Shown piece after piece: positions 8,497 through 18,777 of a stretch of DNA of 64,000 bases. Origin of the DNA: an uncultured Acidobacteriota bacterium (GTDB taxonomy: Bacteria > Acidobacteriota > Vicinamibacteria > Vicinamibacterales > 2-12-FULL-66-21). The notes below the pieces were generated by a model that was given only the letters and a program-made list of their open reading frames with translations, searched no databases and was not told the DNA's origin. Made by a program: the position numbers and the translations under genes. The stretch is from assembly GCA_963750915.1 (NCBI GenBank), contig CAVVSF010000007.1, positions 1,110,654 to 1,174,653 of the forward strand. The letters run 5' to 3'. How positions within the stretch are numbered: the stretch's first letter is position 1; each line of letters opens with the position of its first letter.

Positions 8497-9198
8497 TCAG
8501 CGCGCCAGCAAACTAGCCGCCTCGGCATCGAGCAAGAGCACCGGCGTTCGCGCCCCCCTCAACGCCAGCGCCACCGGCAGCCGTGACTCGGGGTCTCGCA
8601 CGGCTTCGGCAATCACCTCGGCTTTCGACGATCCAAACGCGGCGACGACGACCGTCGCGTCGCGCAGCGCCGGCAGCGTCAGCGTCATGCGCCGCCGCGG
8701 CGGCTTCGGTGAATCGGTCACCGCGACGACGCGGCGCTGCTGCTCGTCGAGCGCCGGGTGCCCCGGAAACAACGAACACACATGCCCGTCAGGTCCAACG
8801 CCGACGAGGGCGACGTCGACGCGTGTCGGCCCGGTGGTCGCGCCGTCGAGCTCGGCTTCGTAGGCGGCCGCCGCGCCATCGAGATCCTCGCTCTCTGCCG
8901 GCATCCGGTGCACCCGCGCCGCCGCGACCGCCGGCGCCGTCAGCAGCAGCCGCGACGCGAGCTTGTAGTTCGAGTCGTCGTCTGCAGGCGGCACGGCGCG
9001 CTCGTCGCTCCAGAAAACGTCGATCGCGGCCCAGTTCACCACCGCATCGGCGAGCACGGGGAAGAAGGCCTCAGCGACCGAGCCGCCGGGCAGCGCCAGC
9101 GCCAGGCGCGCGGCACGCGCGCTCATCTCGCGCAGGCGCCGCGCGAAGTTGTCTGCGAGCTCGAGGGTATTGCCGACGACGATTTCGGGAGCAGCCAT
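8497..9198 (-). CDS. pgl: 6-phosphogluconolactonase
   Basis: ORF 8497..9345. Start taken at MAAPEIV (ATG 9196-9198). Motifs LALPGGS, IDVFWSDER, GVGPDGHVCSLFPGHP. Confidence 0.85.
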   Translation of the reverse strand: MAAPEIVVGNTLELADNFARRLREMSARAARLALALPGGSVAEAFFPVLADAVVNWAAIDVFWSDERAVPPADDDSNYKLASRLLLTAPAVAAARVHRMPAESEDLDGAAAAYEAELDGATTGPTRVDVALVGVGPDGHVCSLFPGHPALDEQQRRVVAVTDSPKPPRRRMTLTLPALRDATVVVAAFGSSKAEVIAEAVRDPESRLPVALALRGARTPVLLLDAEAASLLAR

Positions 9199-9275
9199 TC
9201 CACATTGTGTCGCGTTCGGCGCCCGAACGCAGCTGCCACGGGGCGCGGCGCGTTCGACACGAGAGCGCACCGTGT

Positions 9276-9554
9276 TGTCACACCCCGACACGTTCCGGGC
9301 GCGCCACGACGCTTGCCGAGGCGATCCTCGAGCACGCCGCGTCAAACAACGACACGGCGCGCGAGGCCCGGGCGGCTCGCGCCGCGTACCTCTCGCGCTC
9401 GCTCGCCGACAAGCAGGCCCTGATTGCCTTCCTCGAGAACCTGGTGCTGTTCAAGGTCGAGGAGGAAGAAGAAGCGGCAGCCGCGGCAGCAGGTGAAGAT
9501 CGCGCCGAAGGGATTCAGGATCAGGCTCGAGTAGGAGGAAACCTGATAGCGTAA
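9276..9554 (+). pseudogene. possible C-terminal remnant of a di-haem oxidoreductase (DUF1111/DHOR-like) gene
   Basis: The last ~90 codons of ORF 8583..9554 read GRATTLAEAILEH...ARAAYLSRSLADKQALIAFLENL. This resembles the usual C-terminus of DHOR proteins (DGRA.TLEEAI..HGGEA....F..L....R.ALIAFL.SL). There is no upstream body and no start codon. Confidence 0.3.
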
Positions 9555-9562
9555 CTGACGCG

Positions 9563-10486
9563 ATGCGTGTGCCGCCGCCGGGCCAGCTGATCGACGTCGG
9601 AGGATACCGCCTGCACCTCTACAGCACTGGTGCCGGCTCTCCCGCGGTCATCCTCGACGCTGCGCTCGGCGGCTCTTCGGTCAGCTGGGCATGGGTGCAG
9701 CCGGCGCTGTCGCAGCGGACGAGGGTGTGCAGCTACGACCGCGCCGGCTTCGGCTGGAGCGACGCCGGACCGATGCCGCGCACCGCGGCACGCATGGCGG
9801 TCGAACTGCGGACGCTGCTCGAGCGCGCCGCAATAACTCCGCCCTTCATCATCGTCGGCCACTCGTTCGGCGGGCTGGTGGGGCTGATCTTCGCGGCACG
9901 CTATCGCGACGATGTCGCCGGGCTGGTGCTCGTCGATCCGGCCCACGCCGAGGATTGGGTGAACCCGGCGCCAAAGGAGCAGATCAAGATCGACCGCGGC
10001 GTGCGTCTCTGCCGCTACGGCGTCCGGGCGGCGAAGGTGGGGATCGCCCGGCTGGTCGCGGCCTTCGGCGCCGCCGGTGTCCTCGGTGTCGCCCGCGGGA
10101 TCGTCAGGATCGTCAGCCGCGGCGGCATCAAAAGGGAGGACGAAGGCATCCTCGCGCCGGTGTGGAAGCTGCCGCCCGAGGCGCGGCGGCCGCTGCGGCA
10201 GTTCTGGACCGATCAGAAATTCTTCGCCGCGCTCGGCAGCCAGATCGAGTCGATTCGCGTCAGCGCGCGCGAGACCCTCGACGCGACTGCCGGCGGCTAC
10301 GGCGACCTGCCGCTGGTCACGATCTCTTCGACCGATCCCGGCGACTACCGGCTGCGCCAGCAGGAGGCCCTCGCCCGCCTCTCGACCCGCGGCCGCCACA
10401 TCGTCGCGCGCGCGAGCGGCCACTGGGTGCCGCTCGACGAACCGGCAGTCGTCATCGCCGCGGTCGAAGACATGTTGAGATGCTGA
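9563..10486 (+). CDS. alpha/beta-fold hydrolase
   Basis: ORF 9563..10486. Nucleophile elbow GHSFGG, and typical HG-region and C-terminal His (ASGHWVPLDEP). Confidence 0.85.
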   Translation: MRVPPPGQLIDVGGYRLHLYSTGAGSPAVILDAALGGSSVSWAWVQPALSQRTRVCSYDRAGFGWSDAGPMPRTAARMAVELRTLLERAAITPPFIIVGHSFGGLVGLIFAARYRDDVAGLVLVDPAHAEDWVNPAPKEQIKIDRGVRLCRYGVRAAKVGIARLVAAFGAAGVLGVARGIVRIVSRGGIKREDEGILAPVWKLPPEARRPLRQFWTDQKFFAALGSQIESIRVSARETLDATAGGYGDLPLVTISSTDPGDYRLRQQEALARLSTRGRHIVARASGHWVPLDEPAVVIAAVEDMLRC

Positions 10487-10489
10487 CCG

Positions 10490-11218
10490 CTAGCGCCTGA
10501 ACGCGTCGACCACCACGAACGCGTCGACGACGAGCGCGTTGGTCCAGAGCGCGTGGCCCGATGGCGCGTAGGTCTCGGGGCCGCGGAAGTCGCGATTGCT
10601 GAAGGATTGCGGCAGTATGTCGAAGCCCACTTGATAGGTAACCGAGCGCAGCAGTGCGCGCAGCCGCCGTCGATCGGCACGCTGAAGGTAGTCCGAGTTC
10701 GCCCAGAACTCGCTCGGCGTGAACCGCGCGCGCAGCGGGATCGAGATCCGCCACAACGACTCCTCCGTCACCGCCGCGCCGGTGAAGTGGTAGAGACCGA
10801 AGCCGGCGCCCAGATCGAGGCCGTTCGCGAGGCCCGGTATCGACCTGACGCCGGCGATCTTCTGACCCGGCACGTAGGCGACCAGTTGATACGTTCTCAG
10901 AAAGACGTTGCCATCGAACCTGATCGGATTGTCGTCGCGCGGCTTGTCGTTCAACCATCCCAGTTCGAGAAGGGCGTAAAAGCGCACGTCCCTGCGCTCG
11001 GTGGTGCACACCGGCGACGGCGATCCGTCGTCATCACGACAGAACACCTCGAAGCCGTAGATCCCGAGCGGGCCGCCGGCGTGGTGGAACGGGCCCGGCC
11101 CGCTCAACTCGTGGATGTAGGCGATGATGTCCCAGATGTCGCCCGCCGCCGCCGGCAGCGGCGTGGCGAGCAGCATGACGAGAATCCACGGTGCGAGTCC
11201 CTTGCTCCAGACGCTCAT
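10490..11218 (-). CDS. secreted hypothetical protein (possibly outer-membrane)
   Basis: ORF 10490..11263. Start at MSVWSKGLAPWILVMLLATPLPAAA (ATG 11216-11218) with GGAGG 7 nt upstream. High GC3. Confidence 0.7.
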   Translation of the reverse strand: MSVWSKGLAPWILVMLLATPLPAAAGDIWDIIAYIHELSGPGPFHHAGGPLGIYGFEVFCRDDDGSPSPVCTTERRDVRFYALLELGWLNDKPRDDNPIRFDGNVFLRTYQLVAYVPGQKIAGVRSIPGLANGLDLGAGFGLYHFTGAAVTEESLWRISIPLRARFTPSEFWANSDYLQRADRRRLRALLRSVTYQVGFDILPQSFSNRDFRGPETYAPSGHALWTNALVVDAFVVVDAFRR

Positions 11219-11335
11219 GCGGGTTCCTCCAACACGGCAATGGCTGGCTGCTGGAATATACAAGGGCGGGCTGCGCCGAATCCTGACGAATCCTTGCTGG
11301 TTTGCTGAATCGATCGGCGGTGCGCCTGCGCGCGC

Positions 11336-13360
11336 TTACTTCGCGGCGGCGGGTGCGGCCCCGTACGCGTCGAACAGCTTGCCGTAGTTGCCACGGGTCG
11401 CCGGCAGCCGGGGATCGTCGCGGCGCACGACCTGGTTGCGCGACGCCGGGCTGGTCGGGCAATGGAGCAGGAGCTCGTCGCCGGCCTCGCCGATGATGAA
11501 GCATTGGCGGTCGTCGACGCGAACCTCCGGGAAGGAGTCGCTGAAGAGGATGCGCCAGGGCCCGGCCAGCAGGAACAGCAGGATCGCCAGCAGCATCCCG
11601 GACGCGATCATCGGGCCGGCACTCAGGCTGTTGCGCCGACGCGCCGCTGCCTTGGACGCCGTCCACAGCCCGGTCGCGAGCATGAACATCAGGATCACCA
11701 GCACGGCGCAATAGGCGGCGTGCAGGGCGATGCGCTCCGAGCCGAGGATCGCGAGATCCTCCGCCGGCGCCCGCGCCGCGCTGGCGACGCCGGCATAGGC
11801 GAGGATCAGCGGCGCGAAGTACCACAGGTGAGCGACGAGCCCGATCAGCGCCACCACGCACAGCGCCTGCACGAAGGTGTCGGGATCGCCGAGGCCGGCC
11901 AGGTACAGGCGACGCTGGATCGCGCCGCGCCAGTTCGACACGGACCGCGCGATCGCAGGCGCCATGCGTCCGGCGACGCGGGCAATCAAGGCGAAGACGT
12001 TGAACAGCAGGACGGCAAGGCCGACGTAGAGGATGGGCGCCACCAGCGACATCCAGCCATATTTCAAGTATGCGGCGAGAGACTCCTGCCCGAACGCGCC
12101 GCGGCGATCGAGCGTCAGGTTGAGGAATGTCGTCTCGATGAACCCCAGGATCGTGAAGAGAACCGGCGCGGCAGCGGCGGCCAGGGCCAGCTTGACGAGC
12201 CAGTGCATCCCGCCGCTTGGTGCCGGCACCGGACCCGACCGCGACATGCGCGACGTGTCGTCCTCTGGCGACAACCCGGGCATCGCTTCGGCCAGCCGGT
12301 CCCTGAACTCCTGCGGCGAGCGGAAGCGATCGCCCGGCGCGCTCGACAGCGCGCGTTCGACGACGTCGACGAAGCGCGCCGGCAGATCGAGGCGACACTC
12401 GGCGAGCGACAGGCGCTCGCCGCGCAGGTGGGCCTGTCGAACCCCGTCGAAGCCCCGTCCCTGGACCGGATGCCGGGCCGTGACGAGGTAGAACAGGAGG
12501 ACGCCGAGGCTGTAGATGTCCGAGGCCGGCGAGTCGTCGGCGCCAAACAGCAGTTCCGGAGCGACGTAGGCCGGCGTGCCGACGACGTCCGAGCCCGAGG
12601 CGCGGTCCGAACGGTCGCGGCCGGCGCCGAAGTCCATGAGCACGATCCGGCCGCCGTTCTCGCGCATCACGTTGCTCGGCTTCAGATCGCGGTGGACCAG
12701 CCCCTGGCTGTGCACGGCCGCGAGCGCGTCGCACAGGGACAGGCCGACGACGGCGGCCTCCTCGCAACCGAGCGGGCCCTGCTCGCCGACGAGCGCCGCC
12801 AGCGTCCGGCCGTTGATCAACTCCATCGCCAGGCCGACTTCGTCGCCGATCCGAACCGCGCTGAAGACCCTGACGACGTGGTGCTGATTGACTCGCGCCA
12901 GCAGCTGGCCCTCGGTCAGCAGGCGCGCGCTGGCGCCGCCGAGCTGCCTGGTGTTGAACAGTTTGAGCGCGACTTCGCGGCGCAGCCCTGGATCCCACGC
13001 GCGATAGACGACGCCGAACCCGCCGCGGCCCAGCTCCTGCAAGAGCGTGAAGTCGCCCCACGATCGCGCCGACGCACTCGGTGACTCGTCGGTGTGGGTC
13101 GTCATGTCCGACGCGCGCGGCGGCGCGCCGTCGGTGCCGGTCACTTCGGTGGTGTGCTGGTCGAACGGCGGCGTCGGACTCCTGAGGAACGCGTCGAAGT
13201 CGGGCGTCTCGACGTAGCGGCTGAGCAGCGTCTCGAGCTCGGTCTGCAACGCGGGATCGTCGGAGCAGTGATCGGCGATGCAGCGCACGCGTTCGCCGGG
13301 AGGCCGGCTGGCGGCAAGCTCGAGAATCGTCCGGGCGCGTCGCCACTGCTCGGGTCGCAT
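11336..13360 (-). CDS. Ser/Thr protein kinase with C-terminal polytopic membrane domain
   Basis: ORF 11336..13360. Hanks motifs GRGGFGVVY, VALK, HRDLKPSNV, DFG, APE, followed by about 7 hydrophobic segments. Confidence 0.9.
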   Translation of the reverse strand: MRPEQWRRARTILELAASRPPGERVRCIADHCSDDPALQTELETLLSRYVETPDFDAFLRSPTPPFDQHTTEVTGTDGAPPRASDMTTHTDESPSASARSWGDFTLLQELGRGGFGVVYRAWDPGLRREVALKLFNTRQLGGASARLLTEGQLLARVNQHHVVRVFSAVRIGDEVGLAMELINGRTLAALVGEQGPLGCEEAAVVGLSLCDALAAVHSQGLVHRDLKPSNVMRENGGRIVLMDFGAGRDRSDRASGSDVVGTPAYVAPELLFGADDSPASDIYSLGVLLFYLVTARHPVQGRGFDGVRQAHLRGERLSLAECRLDLPARFVDVVERALSSAPGDRFRSPQEFRDRLAEAMPGLSPEDDTSRMSRSGPVPAPSGGMHWLVKLALAAAAAPVLFTILGFIETTFLNLTLDRRGAFGQESLAAYLKYGWMSLVAPILYVGLAVLLFNVFALIARVAGRMAPAIARSVSNWRGAIQRRLYLAGLGDPDTFVQALCVVALIGLVAHLWYFAPLILAYAGVASAARAPAEDLAILGSERIALHAAYCAVLVILMFMLATGLWTASKAAARRRNSLSAGPMIASGMLLAILLFLLAGPWRILFSDSFPEVRVDDRQCFIIGEAGDELLLHCPTSPASRNQVVRRDDPRLPATRGNYGKLFDAYGAAPAAAK

Positions 13361-13363
13361 CGG

Positions 13364-15158
13364 TCAGCGCTTGCGGAGGGTGCGGGAGACGCGGCCGACC
13401 GGCTCGCCGTCGAGGTTCAGGATCGCGCGGACGACGTAATCACCGGCAGCGAGGTTGGCGAGCGGCACGACGCCGGTGGCGCGACGGGTGGCAGCATCGG
13501 CCGTCGCCGCCACGGTGCCGGGGACGCGGACGAGCGCCGGTCCGTCGTCGGTGCGCGCGATCTCCATCGCGACCGACAACGTGCCGGCCGGCGGCGTGCC
13601 GACGATCTCGAAGTGGCCCGCGGCGGTCGGCTCCTTGCCGAACTGCAGCCGCGGCACGAACCCCTGCGGCATGGTCACGCCGAGAACGAGGCCGCTCATC
13701 GCGAGGCTGCCGGCGGCGACACGTTCGGCGGTGACGGAGGTACTCGGCGGCGCCGCGGCGGCCGGCGGTGTCGATGGCCGTGGCGCGCAGGCGATATTGC
13801 CCCGGCGACGCAAGGCCTGCCGAGGCGATCGGCGACGACTTCAGCTCGCCGTCGGTCGCGGTCCACTGCGCCACCAGCCGTCCCCGCTGATCGATGAGCC
13901 CGAATGCCGCGGCGCCGATCGCCACGCCCGTGTCGAGCGGCTCGAGCATCGCCACGACACGCAGCTTGACGTCGTCCGGCTCAGGCGAGGTGACGGCGAC
14001 AACGCGCAGCGGCAGGTCGCGGTACGAACGGCCGTCTCGCAGCATCGCGTGCGGCGTCAGCGCCGGTTTGCCTTCGGCCCTGGCGATGAACATCGTGGGA
14101 TGCGCGCGCACCTGGATTGGGCCGCCAGCCTCGCGCCGGACGTGGACCGCGACCCGGCGGTAGGTGGCGTTGCGTTCGGTGTCCTTGGGCTCGAAGCCGA
14201 GGAGGTAGTAGCCGGAGCTCTCCGCCGCGATCTTCGCGAAGGCGCTGCGATCGGTTGGCGTCAGCCGCATCAACTGTCCACTCGTGACGCCGGCGAGGCT
14301 TTCGATCCCGGCGAGCTCTTCGTTGGAACTACGGAAACGGCTGGCGGTCGGGTCCACGAACGCGTTCTTGCCGGAGTCGATGATGAAGTCGTCCGGCCGG
14401 ACGACGTAGACGTTGGCGCGGGAGCGGACGGCGGCGCGGCCGACCTGCTCGTAGTTCTCCGAGCGAATCTCGCACGGTCCCGGTGCCCGGTTCATCGCTG
14501 CGTCGCGCCGCGGCAGCAGCATGCCGGACGAGACAAACACCGTCGTCTTCGGCCCTTCGATGTGGGCGACGCCGTCGAGGTAGCCGGCCAGCGCCAGGAG
14601 CGTGTCGCGGGTACGGCAGCTCTTGTCGGAGTCGGTAGACTGCTGCGCCGCCTGGCCGGTGATCGTCGACAGCACCTTCAGCGTCCGCGCGTGATCGCGG
14701 GTTGGTTCGACCAGGACACCGCCGTACGGCATCGTCACCACCGAGACCCAGTCGCGCGGCGACAGGCCGCGCACGAACTCGGCCGCCGCCGTCATCGCCT
14801 GTTGCGCGACGTTGGCGCGGATCGAGTCGGTCTCGATCACGAGCAGGACGGTGCGGCCGAGATCGTCGAGCGTGTTGGTGCCGAATGGCGCGACGGGCGG
14901 CGGCGAGTGAGCCGCGGCGCCGGGCGTCGCGGTATCGAGGCGGACGAACTGGAGCGATCGGACCTCGCGCGGCCTGCCGTCGATCTCGAGAACGACGTCG
15001 GATGCCGAGAGATCGGTGACCGGCTGCCCCGAGGGCGACAATGCGAGGAAGTCGAGCCGAACGAGCTCGATCGCGCTCCTGACGGCGGCGTCCTGCGCCG
15101 CCGACGTCCCGCCGGTGAGCGCGAGCAGGGGAACGACGGCCGCCAGTCGACGCCACAT
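13364..15158 (-). pseudogene. VWA domain protein (acidobacterial VWFA-related type), frame broken near the C-terminal domain
   Basis: The body is in ORF 13440..15158, protein-like up to ...QYRLRATAIDTAGRRGAAEY. The C-terminus is in ORF 13364..13813 (SVTAERVAAGSLAMSGLVLG...GDYVVRAILNLDGEPVGRVSRTLRKR). Length 1795 = 3n+1. Junction at about 13725-13740. The stop is 3 nt from the kinase start. Confidence 0.7.
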
Positions 15159-15212
15159 CGCTCAGAGGATACCGCCTCAGCCATGGCCCGACAACAGCCG
15201 ACGGGGACGCCG

Positions 15213-17039
15213 CTACCTGCCTTCGACCGCGGCTTTCTGGGCTGCGGCCCAACTCTCCACCCTCAGGCGATACGCCGCGACGCGGTCGGGGTGGGCAGCC
15301 GCGAGGTCGCGCGTCTCGTCGGGATCGCGGCAGACGTCGTAGAGCGTCGACCGCGCCGGCTCGACTTCCCAGAGGTATTTCCAGCAGCCATCCGCGAGGC
15401 CCAGCCAGCCGCGGGAGTAGTCGGTGTAGAAGAGCGCCATCAGGCGGCGAGGCGCCAGCAGCGACGACCCCTGGTACTCGCCGGGAACGTCCAGGCCGAG
15501 GAGGTCGAGGATCGTTGGAGCCGTGTCGACAGCGCTCACAAGCCGAGAGATCCGCGTCGCGCCGTCGAATAGACCTGGCGCGGCGATGACGTATGGGACG
15601 CGCAGGTTCTCTTCGAACGCGTACAGCGTGTGGGCGATATTCCCCGGATGCTGGTTGAACGCTTCGCCGTGGTCGCCGGCGATCACGAACAGCGTCCGGC
15701 GATCGAGCCCTCGCCGTTCGAGTCCGGCGACGAGTCGGGCCAGCGCCGCGTCGCTCTCGTGCAGGGCGTTGCGATAACGATCGAAATCGCCCTCCCCGTC
15801 GAACGGTCCCGGTATGGTGGCGGCATACGGATGATGGCCTGAGATCGGAAGATAGGTGACGAAGAACGGCTGCGCGCCGCGGGCGTCGATCCACGTCAAC
15901 ATCCGCTCGACCGTCGAGGCGTCGTCGACGCCGAAGCTCGATTGGACGTCACCGCCAATCGCGCCGGCGTCTTCCAGCGTGTCGAAGCCGCGGCCGTCGA
16001 CCGTGGCGTGCATGCCCAGATAGCCGAAGCGGCCGGAGTGAAAGAGCGCGGTCGCGTAGCCGGACGACTGCAGCCGGCCTGCAAGCGACGCGCAGGGTAC
16101 CGAGGCATATATCTCTGGAGACGTGTCGAAGCCCGGATAGCGCGAGCAGAGCGTCGCGAACAGTCCCTTGATGCTCTCGGGATAGACGGCGTACGCGCGA
16201 TCGACGACCAGCGCGTTGGCAGCGAGCCGCGTCAACCCCGGCATCGGATCCGGGCGGGCGCCGTGCAGACCGAGGTAGCGCGCCGCCGTCGACTCGAGCA
16301 TGACGAGCACGACGCTGCGGCCGCGCGCGGCGCCGCGGAGCGTGGTCAGGTCTTCGCCGCTGCCGCGCTCGAACGGGCTTTCGCGCCAGTCGACGCTGGT
16401 AGTGTCGGCGCGCACCGTCCGGCTCGACGGGGAACGCGGCATGCTCGTCGCCGCGAGGGCCCCGACGGCGTTGCGGTGCAGGCCGCGCGTATCGATACGT
16501 CCATCCACGACTGGGCCGACGGCGGCAATCAACGCGAGGACGGCCAGGATCGGTGTGAACCGGCGCTGGTTCCCGGACGCGAATCGAGTCAGCGTCGGTG
16601 GCAGGAGCAGCGCGGCGACGAGCGTCGCGGCCGCGGCGGCGAGATTCGGGACCGTGAGGTAGTAGCCGACCGAGTCGGCGAGCGCGCCGCGGGCGGCACG
16701 CAACATCGCCCGGGTCAGCGGGCTCGAGAGCACCAGCGTCACCGGCACGTTGACGGCAGCGTAGAGCGCGATGATGACGTACGCGCTCCACGCCAGGCGC
16801 GGCCGGCGCAGGGTCGCGTCGGCGGCATAGAACACGAGCGCGACGAGCGCGTCCTGCCAGAAGTACGCGAACGGCCACCAGGCAGACCAGGCGTCCGTCG
16901 CCGCCCCGAGGCCGACGAGCGTCGTCGCCTTGGCGACGGCAAGCACGCCGAACAGGCTGACGGCCCTCAGCGCGTGACGAGGTTCAGCCGTTTGAGCAGC
17001 AGCCACGAGATCGGGACTCCGGCCGGGTGCCGGTTCCAT
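15213..17039 (-). CDS. LTA-synthase/sulfatase-family membrane transferase (MdoB/LtaS-like)
   Basis: ORF 15213..17039. About 5 N-terminal TM segments, then a sulfatase fold (VVLVMLESTAARYLG, FFVTYLPISGHHPY, VIAGDHGEAF). The annotated start overlaps the upstream gene by 73 nt, so the true start may be internal. Confidence 0.8.
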   Translation of the reverse strand: MEPAPGRSPDLVAAAQTAEPRHALRAVSLFGVLAVAKATTLVGLGAATDAWSAWWPFAYFWQDALVALVFYAADATLRRPRLAWSAYVIIALYAAVNVPVTLVLSSPLTRAMLRAARGALADSVGYYLTVPNLAAAAATLVAALLLPPTLTRFASGNQRRFTPILAVLALIAAVGPVVDGRIDTRGLHRNAVGALAATSMPRSPSSRTVRADTTSVDWRESPFERGSGEDLTTLRGAARGRSVVLVMLESTAARYLGLHGARPDPMPGLTRLAANALVVDRAYAVYPESIKGLFATLCSRYPGFDTSPEIYASVPCASLAGRLQSSGYATALFHSGRFGYLGMHATVDGRGFDTLEDAGAIGGDVQSSFGVDDASTVERMLTWIDARGAQPFFVTYLPISGHHPYAATIPGPFDGEGDFDRYRNALHESDAALARLVAGLERRGLDRRTLFVIAGDHGEAFNQHPGNIAHTLYAFEENLRVPYVIAAPGLFDGATRISRLVSAVDTAPTILDLLGLDVPGEYQGSSLLAPRRLMALFYTDYSRGWLGLADGCWKYLWEVEPARSTLYDVCRDPDETRDLAAAHPDRVAAYRLRVESWAAAQKAAVEGR

Positions 17040-18082
17040 ATCCAGTCGTGAATCAGGGTGAAGCGGGCCGGCGGCGCCAGGTACAGGGCCCGGCGATCGC
17101 CATCGTAGGCCAGCGGGATCACGAGCAGTTCGGCCGGCGCCTCGGTTGCGGGATCGAAGGTCCGTTCGGCGAATCGTACGGCCCCGTCATCCGTGGCACT
17201 GCGGCGCTGGAGAAATGCCTGAGCGGCGGCGATGTGCTCCGCGCGCTGTTCGACGATGGTGAGCGACGCCTCTGGCAGCAGCTGGCGCAGGATGAGCAGC
17301 GTCCGCGGGAACAGGCCGCCGCCAACGATCGTGACCTGCGCGACGCGGGGCAGCTCCGCGAGCACACGCCTGAGCGCACGTTCGTGCCGCGCAAGGACGA
17401 AGCGTTGCAGCCACGACGACCTCAGTACCAGACGCTCGAGCCCCTCGAGCGAAAATGCGTCGAGCCAGCGCAGGACCGGCGGCCAGCGGCTGCGACGCTC
17501 GTTTGCCGCGCCGAGCCGCGGCAGCCGGGTCCAGTGCACACCCGGTCGCGAGTGATGTTCGACGTGATAGCCGTCGTTGAAGAAGCACAGGTTGTACGCC
17601 CGGCCGTAGTGACTGGTCGTGCCGCGGGCGTGCTCGTAATGTCCCTGGAGGAAGCACAGCCCGAGGCCGGCGGCATAGCCGGGCAGGTAGATCCCGAAGA
17701 ACACATCGCTGGCGGCAAGCGCCAGCAAAGACCCAGAGCCCTGCCACCACACCGGTCTCCATCGCGAGGAGGCCGCTCCTGTCGCGCCGGCAGGGGCGCC
17801 CGGCGTGGTGATCGAGGTGACGGCGCCGCCAGAGCGTCTGGGGGATGCCGGTCAGCGCGGAGAGGAACAGGGAGTAGGCCGTGTTCAGCCGCGCCGACCG
17901 GAAGAACGGAGTGTGGATGAAGTTGTGCGCGACCGTGTTGGACGTCCACCACAGCCCGATGGCGACCAGCGGAATCGACGGCGCCAAAAGCAGGACGGCG
18001 CCGTACGCGAACGACAACCCGACCAGGCCCCATCCCACCGGGAAAAGCGCAGGAACCCAGTCCGGGCAACGGTGGCGCTCAC
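16967..18082 (-). pseudogene. fatty-acid-desaturase-domain protein fused to a Rossmann-like C-terminal domain; two apparent compensating frame changes
   Basis: AGGAGG, then 6 nt, then GTG at 18080-18082, in the same frame as the C-terminal ORF 16967..17752. His boxes 1 and 2 (HNFIH, HLDHH) lie in the frame of ORF 17187..18038. His box 3 (HVEHH) and VTIVGGGLFPRT lie in the frame of ORF 16967..17752. Total 1116 = 3n. Confidence 0.6.
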
Positions 18083-18100
18083 CTCGTACCTCCTGCGTCG

Positions 18101-18583
18101 CTACTTCGCTGTTAACGCTGCCTTCAGCCTGGCGACAATTGCCGGCTGCTGCCCTCGCGTGCTCATCTTCACCACGCCCATCCGGATCGGGTACGGATCA
18201 GGAGAGGCCGGCGCCTCGCTGGCCTTGCGGATGCGGGTGGCCGGTTCGAAGCGGCCGCCGAATCCAACGCCAGTGCCGGTGCCAGCGACGCTCTTCAGGT
18301 CCTTCCACTCGTTGCGGCAGGTCTGCTCCTTGCCCGCGGGGCAGCTGTAATAGAGATACCCGGCGGTCGCGGTCGAATAGTCATCGTTGTTCATCGTGCT
18401 GTCCGACAGCGCGAACGCGCCCCACACCTGGACGCGCAGCGGCTCGGCCTCGTTCGGTTCGAGGACGACCTTCTCGACGATGGCATAGATCCCGACGGGA
18501 TCGCTGGCGTGAAGTGCGGGGGTAGCAGCGAGCGCGCCGGCCAGGGCGCCTGCCGCCGCAACGCAGAGAATCGTGCCCTTCAT
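18101..18583 (-). CDS. secreted hypothetical protein
   Basis: ORF 18101..18583. Signal peptide MKGTILCVAAAGALAGALAATPALHA. High GC3. The stop is 18 nt upstream of the SD-led desaturase start. Confidence 0.7.
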   Translation of the reverse strand: MKGTILCVAAAGALAGALAATPALHASDPVGIYAIVEKVVLEPNEAEPLRVQVWGAFALSDSTMNNDDYSTATAGYLYYSCPAGKEQTCRNEWKDLKSVAGTGTGVGFGGRFEPATRIRKASEAPASPDPYPIRMGVVKMSTRGQQPAIVARLKAALTAK

Positions 18584-18777
18584 GAGTGCCTTCCTCCGTT
18601 CGAGGTTGACGACGACGTTTTCTTTCTGTCGACATTAGACTCGCGCGCGGCGCCGCCGGGCGGTTACTAACGGTGACACCCAACCCCACCAACGGTTTAC
18701 GAGGGATCTCTGGCCGCCGACTACCTGGCCTGTTCGGTCATCCCCAGCTGAGCGTTATTCCGCAGTGGGGGGACTCC

